Positions 8,041 to 15,100 of a stretch of DNA of 15,822 bases are shown piece by piece. The position numbers were made by a program, and so were the translations under genes. This DNA comes from a virus (taxonomy: Duplodnaviria; Heunggongvirae; Uroviricota; Caudoviricetes). Under the pieces are notes generated by a model, which saw only the letters and a list, made by a program, of their open reading frames with translations, was not told the origin of the DNA and ran no database searches. The first letter of the stretch is position 1. Each line of letters begins with the position of its first letter. Where the stretch lies: positions 76,254 to 92,075 of IMG/VR virus record IMGVR_UViG_3300028048_000107. One strand, given 5' to 3'.

Positions 8041-8074
8041 AAAAATATAAAGGGGAAGAATTAAATCTTCCCCT
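8041..8074 (-). terminator. Intra-operon intrinsic terminator/attenuator
   Basis: AGGGGAAGA-TTTAAT-TCTTCCCCT followed by TTATATTTTT. Confidence 0.75.
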
Positions 8075-8096
8075 AAATCTATATTAAAATCTGCTA

Positions 8097-8921
8097 TTAG
8101 GACAACGTACAACCACAACCATTAGCAGAAGCGTAAGGAGAACCTACAGTGTATGCAGGAACAGGATAAGGCTTTAATGCACTAACTAAAGCCTGTGTCT
8201 GTGCAGCATTATCAATCTGATTTCTTGCTGCTTGAAGATCTGACTGAAGAGCATAAATCTGATTATCTTTATCATTCATCTGCATAGTAGTTAATCTGTC
8301 AAGAATTTTCTGAGTATTTGCGTCAGACTCTGCTCTTGTAGCACATGCTTCAGTAGCTAACTGATATTTAACAGCTTCTATATTGTTATTTACACCACAA
8401 ATCTGATTCTGAGTTACATAGCCAAGATTAGCCATACCATTAGTAATTGCATTACCAGTTTGCACCATATTCATGTTTAGTGCATTAGTCTGTTCTGCAA
8501 TACCCATAGCAAGATTATTTGCATTTTGCATAATTGCCATATTAGTAGCATTTGTGTTCTGCAACATGCTATTATTGATATTAGCCATGCCACCCATAAT
8601 AGTAGTATTGATAGTATTTAGTCCTTGTAATTGATTATAACCAAGGGTGTTGATATCATTACCAATGTCACCAAGTTTAGCACTTAAATTCTGATACTGG
8701 AAACCATTATTGATGTCAGCCTGTGTTGCATAATTTGCAAGTGCTTGGTTGTTACCATTACCCCATGGGCCATAACCACCATTACCAAAACCACCCCAAG
8801 CCATTAAGAAAAATAGAAAAAATACAATCCACCCACTTCCATGACCAAAAAAGTCATCATTGTCGTTTCCTACATTGTATACAGGAGTAAGTCCACTCCC
8901 ATTGCTCATAAGATCTGCCAT
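8097..8921 (-). CDS. Hypothetical 274-aa protein: hydrophobic segment + Gly-rich linker + long N/M/Q-rich coiled coil + C-terminal GCGC
   Basis: RBS GGGAGG; WIVFFLFFLMAW (aa 31-42), GGFGNGGYGPWGNG, eight 11-residue repeats at aa 94-181, PYPVPAY..P...GCGC tail. Confidence 0.85.
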   Translation of the reverse strand: MADLMSNGSGLTPVYNVGNDNDDFFGHGSGWIVFFLFFLMAWGGFGNGGYGPWGNGNNQALANYATQADINNGFQYQNLSAKLGDIGNDINTLGYNQLQGLNTINTTIMGGMANINNSMLQNTNATNMAIMQNANNLAMGIAEQTNALNMNMVQTGNAITNGMANLGYVTQNQICGVNNNIEAVKYQLATEACATRAESDANTQKILDRLTTMQMNDKDNQIYALQSDLQAARNQIDNAAQTQALVSALKPYPVPAYTVGSPYASANGCGCTLS

Positions 8922-8995
8922 TTCACATCATCCTCCCGACAACTAGACAGATACAAAAAATACTTATCTATCAACACTAGTAGTAGTGAAAATAT

Positions 8996-9226
8996 TCAAT
9001 TATTATTTATACCAAACATTTGTTTTAATTGATCTAAATTCATTCCTCTTTGCTTACATACATTTTCTAAAATCTTCATTTGTGCTCTATGACTTTTTCC
9101 TTGTAACATTGATTGTGCTCTTTGGAACATAGGATTACTGCCAAACATTTGTTGCATCATAGCTTGAGGATTTCCAGAATTCATTAACATTTGAAGCATT
9201 TGTGCTGGATTAAATTGATTATTCAT
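8996..9226 (-). CDS. Hypothetical 76-aa Met/Gln/Asn-rich helical protein with NP motifs
   Basis: ATGA overlap with the upstream gene; RBS GAGGAG; NPAQMLQML, NPQAMMQQMF, NPMFQRA. Confidence 0.85.
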   Translation of the reverse strand: MNNQFNPAQMLQMLMNSGNPQAMMQQMFGSNPMFQRAQSMLQGKSHRAQMKILENVCKQRGMNLDQLKQMFGINNN

Positions 9227-9627
9227 TTCTTTTTCTCCTCCACATTCCCACCAGTCAAACTATTAAGCATATCTTCTAAATCAGATACTCTCTTTTTTAG
9301 CTTAGATAGTTCTTCATTAACAGGGTCTAGTTTACTATCTTTTACATCTTCCAGTACATAATGTTTTATTACTGAATTACCTTGCATATCAATACATTTA
9401 GTAAATATTGAATTACTAGCTGGATGTGGAAAATACGTTTCAGACCCATCCATATCTACAACACTTGCTTTTACCTCATCTAAAGATGATACTAATCTAC
9501 CTTTAAGACACATCATTGGTTGTTGTGGCATTTGCTGAAACTGCTGTTGCATTGCCTGTTGTGGCATCATTTGCTGTTGAGGCACTGCATATCTATTTTG
9601 CATATAATTTGGATACTGATTATACAA
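9223..9627 (-). CDS. Hypothetical 134-aa protein with Gln-rich N-terminus and C-terminal coiled coil
   Basis: TTG start with RBS AGGAG; 14 Q in the first 39 aa; globular core LKGRLVSSLDEV...YFP; VNEELSKLKKRVSDLEDML. Confidence 0.85.
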   Translation of the reverse strand: MYNQYPNYMQNRYAVPQQQMMPQQAMQQQFQQMPQQPMMCLKGRLVSSLDEVKASVVDMDGSETYFPHPASNSIFTKCIDMQGNSVIKHYVLEDVKDSKLDPVNEELSKLKKRVSDLEDMLNSLTGGNVEEKKK

Positions 9628-9663
9628 GTAATCATCTCCTAGAAATCTATTTTAATGACAAAC

Positions 9664-9703
9664 CAAAGAAGTCCATACTGAATCTACAGCATAGACTTCT
9701 TTG
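9664..9703 (-). promoter_or_regulatory. 17-bp RNA hairpin in the operon 5' leader
   Basis: CAAAGAAGUCUAUGCUG-UAGAUU-CAGUAUGGACUUCUUUG, fully paired on the minus strand with two G.U pairs. Confidence 0.65.
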
Positions 9704-9772
9704 ACCAGCTTTCAAAATACCTATAATACTCATATCATATGTACTTTAAAAACTTATCCACCTTATACTTAT

Positions 9773-9801
9773 ATTGTACCACATATTTCTGATTTTGTCA
9801 A
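9773..9801 (-). promoter_or_regulatory. sigma70/sigmaA promoter of the five-gene operon
   Basis: TTGACA (9801-9796), 17 bp, TACAAT (9778-9773), extended TG. Confidence 0.8.
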
Positions 9802-9804
9802 ATT

Positions 9805-9990
9805 TTAAATAAAGGGCTGTTTTCCTTTCTTTTTTGCCTTTACTGATCTTTGACCTTCATTATATGCGAATTTTTCTATATACTCTACTAGATGTTTAAT
9901 TTTATGGAAATTATCATCAAAGCCTGTAAGCTTCTCTAACCTCCAAATTAATTCATCCCAACATTGCTCTGAACTTTTTAGTTTACTCAT
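9805..9990 (-). CDS. Hypothetical protein, 61 aa
   Basis: ATG with own promoter and RBS AAGGTAG; its stop TAA is part of the next promoter repeat. Confidence 0.8.
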   Translation of the reverse strand: MSKLKSSEQCWDELIWRLEKLTGFDDNFHKIKHLVEYIEKFAYNEGQRSVKAKKKGKQPFI

Positions 9991-10012
9991 CTTCTTTCTA
10001 CCTTCTATTTAT

Positions 10013-10041
10013 ATTATACCACATTTTTATAAATTTGTCAA
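10013..10041 (-). promoter_or_regulatory. sigma70/sigmaA promoter
   Basis: TTGACA, 17 bp, TATAAT, extended TG. Confidence 0.88.
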
Positions 10042-10044
10042 ATT

Positions 10045-10200
10045 TTAAACATCATTACCAACAATATATATCTCATCATCATATACTTCAAGATCATCTA
10101 TATCAGCAAGAATATAATTATTATTTGCTACTATCTTTAATTTAAGTTCATCTTCTGGCTCACAAAACGCCAACTTTTCCATTAGTTCTTCTACACTCAT
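10045..10200 (-). CDS. Small acidic hypothetical protein, 51 aa (below track cutoff)
   Basis: MSVEELMEKLAFCEPEDELKLKIVANNNYILADIDDLEVYDDEIYIVGNDV*; own promoter and RBS AGGGTG; stop is part of the next promoter repeat. Confidence 0.8.
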   Translation of the reverse strand: MSVEELMEKLAFCEPEDELKLKIVANNNYILADIDDLEVYDDEIYIVGNDV

Positions 10201-10220
10201 CTCTTTCACCCTATACTTAT

Positions 10221-10249
10221 ATTATACCACATTTTTCAAATTTTGTCAA
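10221..10249 (-). promoter_or_regulatory. sigma70/sigmaA promoter
   Basis: TTGACA, 17 bp, TATAAT, extended TG. Confidence 0.88.
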
Positions 10250-10255
10250 ATTTTA

Positions 10256-10354
10256 ACAATAAAATGAAAGTTTAAACATATTTAATATAATTGCTACATC
10301 AATACTACAAATAATTAATATGATTATTTAAACTTTCAATTTACCTTAACATAC
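10256..10354 (-). ncRNA. Candidate ~100-nt hairpin small RNA
   Basis: Lies under a perfect promoter with no usable ORF. TGAAAGTTTAAA (10338-10327) pairs with TTTAAACTTTCA (10276-10265), plus CATATT/AATATG; ends in TTTTATT. Confidence 0.45.
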
Positions 10355-10360
10355 AACTAT

Positions 10361-10389
10361 ATTATAACACAAACTAAGAAGTTTGTCAA
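10361..10389 (-). promoter_or_regulatory. sigma70/sigmaA promoter
   Basis: TTGACA, 17 bp, TATAAT, extended TG. Confidence 0.85.
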
Positions 10390-10418
10390 GTTTATTCTTA
10401 ACTACCTATCTATATATT

Positions 10419-10447
10419 ATTATACCATACTTTTTATAGTTTATCAA
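10419..10447 (-). promoter_or_regulatory. sigma70/sigmaA promoter, tandem with the previous one
   Basis: TTGATA, 17 bp, TATAAT, extended TG; followed by RBS-like AGGTAG with no start codon. Confidence 0.7.
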
Positions 10448-10458
10448 GTTTTTAGTCC

Positions 10459-12078
10459 TTAATAATACTTCTCCCATTTAGTATAACCAGATCTCCATAC
10501 CTTACATGCACCACTATCTAACATTACACAATCATCTATATCTAAAGTATCATCTACCTTTTCACCACTAAGATACCAATAATGTTTTGGTATGCACTGA
10601 CAAACATCAATAAATCCCAACGACTTATATATTTCTCCATTAAAATAATCATTATCTGAATAGTACACAATATACTTAGGATTAAAATCTTGCTCAAAAT
10701 GATTCAACAACTTATTAGCACCATCAAATATGTTCAATCCATATTTAGTGAAATACCCGTGAAGCTCATACTGATCACATTCAATGCCGTTCATACTCAA
10801 GTTACCAAATGACATTACAGAGATAAGATCACCACCAAAAAATAGCCCATAATTTATACTGTTAAAATATGTACACCCATGTATATGATACATACTAATA
10901 AAGTTATCAGCTCTGTCATCATCTATCAATAAACATTGACAATCTTTTGCATGTATATTATCAGCATGATCATTTAAAACACAAGATAAATAATTCTTAA
11001 TTTTTTCTTGATTATTGTGCCAATCTATATCAAATATAGAAATAAGATGTACACCTTTTGACTTAGCCAATAAAAATTTATCTCTATGATAATATTTAGG
11101 CTTATCGTCAAAAATGGCACCTAACGATGAATGCCACTCAGAACCATTATACTCAATACCAATATTCTTGTTTACAATAAAAATATCAATTTCTTTGCCA
11201 TCTAAAATAGTTTTATTATGAATTTCTAGTATAATATCAGGAAAATTAACCTTTAACCACTCACATATTTCATGTTCTGCATTTGATCCTCTATGCTGAA
11301 TAAATCTACACCCACATGAAGTTGTTGCTCCACTTCTTAACTTATAACTATCAACAATAACCTTAGTTTTAGCTGAACATGAACAAGTACAATTCCAATA
11401 AGAATGCCCATTGATGAACCCCTTAAATGAATCTACATGCAACATGCCAAACACTTTCCCAGTCAAATCAATAAACCTTGAATGATGTCCATGCTTCCTA
11501 TTGCATATCGAACATGCTACAGTTTTACCATTACGTAACAATGAAGAATATGCAATAAAATAGTTACCGCAATCACACTCACACAACCATTTATCGCCAT
11601 ACAAATGATGCTTAACCACTAAATTACCAAATCTACTACCTTTAATGTTAATAAAATTAACAGAGTGCTTTTTTAGTGCGTGTTTATCCCTGCATACAGA
11701 GCATTCAGTAATCTTTTTTAACATCTTCTCATTAACAACTTCTTGATTCCCACAAGTACATCTAACCAAAATATAATTATTTGTCTTTACCCTCTTCACA
11801 AACCTAACATATATTAAATTTCCCCACACACTTCCTTGTAATCTCTGTATAGTTTTAGACAAAAGCCTAGCTTTCTTCTCACATCCACAAGACAACCTAA
11901 CTCCACCAGTTAATGCGTCAGCTCTAACACTTATAGGTTCACTACCACAATCACATTTACATATCCAGTAACTTCTTGTGCATTTATTACTATTTAAATC
12001 ACTTCTTTCTTTATCATATTTAACCACAGTTAACTTTCCAAATTTTTGTCCAACTAAATTTTTAAAATTCCCATTCAA
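10459..12078 (-). CDS. Free-standing Hef-like homing endonuclease (four Cys-rich repeats + Vsr/DUF559-like nuclease + C-terminal domain)
   Basis: Repeats of the form L.G..FG.L.V...W.C.CDCG...L..G...SCGC occur four times; then EHEICEWL...EIDIFI..KNIGIEYNGSEWH...HRDK...KGVHLISIF; then GANKLL..F...IVYYSD...GEIYKSLGF. Start moved to TTG 12078 because GAGGTGG lies 6 nt upstream (track start was 12093). Confidence 0.75.
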   Translation of the reverse strand: MNGNFKNLVGQKFGKLTVVKYDKERSDLNSNKCTRSYWICKCDCGSEPISVRADALTGGVRLSCGCEKKARLLSKTIQRLQGSVWGNLIYVRFVKRVKTNNYILVRCTCGNQEVVNEKMLKKITECSVCRDKHALKKHSVNFINIKGSRFGNLVVKHHLYGDKWLCECDCGNYFIAYSSLLRNGKTVACSICNRKHGHHSRFIDLTGKVFGMLHVDSFKGFINGHSYWNCTCSCSAKTKVIVDSYKLRSGATTSCGCRFIQHRGSNAEHEICEWLKVNFPDIILEIHNKTILDGKEIDIFIVNKNIGIEYNGSEWHSSLGAIFDDKPKYYHRDKFLLAKSKGVHLISIFDIDWHNNQEKIKNYLSCVLNDHADNIHAKDCQCLLIDDDRADNFISMYHIHGCTYFNSINYGLFFGGDLISVMSFGNLSMNGIECDQYELHGYFTKYGLNIFDGANKLLNHFEQDFNPKYIVYYSDNDYFNGEIYKSLGFIDVCQCIPKHYWYLSGEKVDDTLDIDDCVMLDSGACKVWRSGYTKWEKYY

Positions 12079-12098
12079 AATATACCACCTCAAGCATT

Positions 12099-12144
12099 AT
12101 TATAACATATAGGGAACATAATGTCAATCTATGTTCCCCATATG
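12099..12144 (-). promoter_or_regulatory. Perfect sigma70 promoter whose -35 box sits in the loop of a 15-bp inverted repeat
   Basis: TTGACA (12127-12122), 17 bp, TATAAT (12104-12099); arms 12144-12130 and 12120-12106 with one G.U; begins 1 nt after the tape-measure stop. Confidence 0.85.
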
Positions 12145-12145
12145 G

Positions 12146-15100
12146 TTAAAATCTACTTGTAACACTGGCATATCTTCTTGAAAAATCAAGCATAATGCGC
12201 TGTCCTTCTGGTGAACGCAATAATTGCTTCATACCCTCTTGTTCATCTCTAACTAATGCCACACTGATATTTGCTGTATTACTAATGTTCGTGCCTACGT
12301 CTTTTCCGAAGTTACTCAGCCCACGAGCAGTTTGTTCCTGTGCCAACTCACTAACTAGACCTCCAGAAGCATAATGGCGAACTTTTGGTCTTATCATTGC
12401 AAAAGTACCATTGTTTACAGACTCCATAAAATTTCGTCCATATCTATCTACCATAGATTTTCTTACTACAAATTCACCATTTGATAACATCGCTGGTATA
12501 CTATCAGAAGTACTTGTACCTGGTCCACTTATATAGCCACCTTCAGCATGACCACCCAATCTAAATGCAATACTTGATAATGCTTGTGCAGATGCTTTGG
12601 CTTGAATTTCTAACTGCATAAATGCTGTTTGTAATCCTGTAGTTAAAGTAGACCCTATAGCTTGTATTTCTGCTGAAGCTGTTTGTGCTGATACAGACAG
12701 ATTCTGCATAGCTTGTTGTGCTTGCGGTGCATTAGTATCTGCTACTGTACTAGTAAGTTTTTGTGCAATATCAGTAGCAGCAGTAGTACTCTGATCTAAT
12801 GAATTAGAAAATCCAGATAGTGATATATCAGAAGTTTGTTGTAATTTCTGATTAAACTGATCTATTGCACTACCATTAAATGATTTCCCACCAAAAGTTA
12901 CTGACTGATTACCTATACCAAATTGTGAATTTGCTAATTCTGGTAATTGATAGGTTGTCTTAGCTTGTCCCATTATAGGGCTAGTTAAAGTTGGAAGAGA
13001 TGTACCACTATATGTTGCTCCTATTGTAACACCAGTAGTATTTACCCTACTTCCACCAATACCAAGTGCAACACCATTTAACGCATCAATTATAGCCTGT
13101 CCTGCACCAGTAATACCAGCAGCTACTTTTTGACCAGTGGTATCTAAAGAAAGTGAATTTGGATCATCAACATTCCAGCCACCAAACCATTGATTCATTA
13201 AAGATTTTACCATCCATTTAGCTGACATCTGCTGAATTTCTTTTAAGAAACTAATCGCAAGATTTCTCAATGCCTCTCCAAGATTTTCTGCTTCATTAAC
13301 TCCATCTGTTAAGAATGTTACTAAGCCATCTTCTAGTGCCTGTTTTGCTGTTTTTCTTAAATCATGCAAATAATTGGGATATTGTTCAGCAACAAGTCTC
13401 ATCTTCTCTTTAGCTGCTGTAGTATCCCACAATTGAGATTCTATATTCACAAGATCTCTATATGCCTCTTTTGCCTCATTTATTTTACCAGCATTTAAAG
13501 CTGTATCATATACTGCTTTAGCAGAGTCGCGTAATCTTCTAAGTTCTGCTTCATGATCACTATAAATGCTATACAATTGCTGTGCTTGTATGGCTTTTAA
13601 CTCTCTGTCACCAAATTCTCTTTGCAAACTAGTAAACTTATCAGATGTATCAAATAAATCTTGTGCATGATCAAAAATTTTATTTATCCCATCTACCCAT
13701 GAATTAACAACTTCAAAAGATTTATCTTTTAGTGTTCTAACCTTGTTCATTGTCTGCTGATATGCTTGCATATTGCCTGCTTTTAGATATTCTTGTGCTT
13801 GAGTCATTAGACGCTCTAGATAGGTAAAAATACCCCAAACACCATTTTCTACGCCACCGTTATCACCATTTATATTCCAGAAATAATTTATAGCATTATT
13901 TATTCTTCCACCAATAGCAGATATTGGTAATCTACCAACTTTTACCTCAGTTAGCATCAATTTAAAGTCATCTTCTATTTTATTTAAATTATAATCAATA
14001 GTCTTTTCTGTAGCAGAAACAATAAGATCTGTCATTTTTCTCTGATACCTAACTTTTATCTGCTGTATCATAGAATCTCTCTCTGCTGGTTCTAACATCT
14101 GAACATTCTTACCAGCAATTTCCTCATTCATTTGAGCTACTAATGCATCTAATTGTCTTGAATACTGATCAAATAAAAATGACTCATTTTCAACAATTGC
14201 TTCTCTAAGTCTTTTTTGAGCATCTTTAACCATTTCTTGAAGTTCATGAGAAGCTTCTGTAGTCATTGGCTGGGTTAACTGAGTAGAAGCTAAACTACCT
14301 TTAGAATATCTATTAAATGCTTCTGTACCTGTTTCACTATTTGTCAATAATCTACCTTCACCAACATACCCCTTACCAAAAGAAGCATCAATATGGTTGC
14401 CTCCCTCTATTACACCAGCAACACCATATTTATTAAATATTCTAGCCAAGACATCATAATCAACTCCAGTATGGTCATAATCTATCTTATATCCATATTT
14501 ATGCCCCCATGGAGATGAATTTGATGGATGATTCCCAGCTGTAGCTATATTTATACTAAGCTTTTTACCGCCTGTAGCTTCAGAATACTCCTTTGCTATT
14601 AAATTATGTAAATCCTTTACGTATTGTTGTAAATTTCCTAAATCAGAAGCTATTTCATTTGGTCTTAAAGTATTTTCTATATCTGTATATCTAGTATCTA
14701 TCCCATATTTATTGTACTGTGAAGGAATAGTTTGTACTTGAGATGGCCTTTCTTTAGCCTTCTGCAAATCAGAAGCTACATAAGCTAAATTCTTCTGTCT
14801 AGCTATTCCTTGACCCTCTTTATCAGCAGGACGCTCAAAATATTTAGTAAAAGCATATGTCATAGCTTCTGCTGTTTGCCCATGCTCTGTCCAATACTTT
14901 AATACCTCTGCCCATGCTTCCCTCTCAGTAGTCCATAACTCATTAAGAAGATAATTTCCTTGTGTTAATATATGAGATATTTCACTATTATTTGTACTAG
15001 CAAATCCTTCTAGCCCAGTCCACCACCTATCTTCATGCCACTGTGCTATACCATAAGAAGTTCCTTTATCTCCAACAACATTTGTAAGAAGATCTCTAGT

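Larger units (their letters stand above)
9761..10257 (-). repeat. Three ~49-bp direct repeats (9761-9809, 10001-10049, 10209-10257), each a promoter+RBS module
   Basis: Consensus TTAAAATTTGACAAA-n-AAAwATGTGGTAyAATATAArTA-n-AGGT. Confidence 0.85.

Noticed and set aside
7704-9032. Plus-strand ORFs 7704-7982 and 8841-9032
   Set aside because: Overlap well-supported minus-strand genes and lack translation signals.
9516-9704. Hydrophobic plus-strand 62-aa ORF as a type I toxin
   Set aside because: Its hydrophobicity is the reverse complement of CAA/CAG Gln codons; no plus-strand promoter or RBS seen.
9761-10257. Repeats as a CRISPR array or integron attC sites
   Set aside because: Units are promoter/RBS sequences separated by ~190-nt spacers holding ORFs; they are not palindromic, and no cas or integrase gene is in the window.
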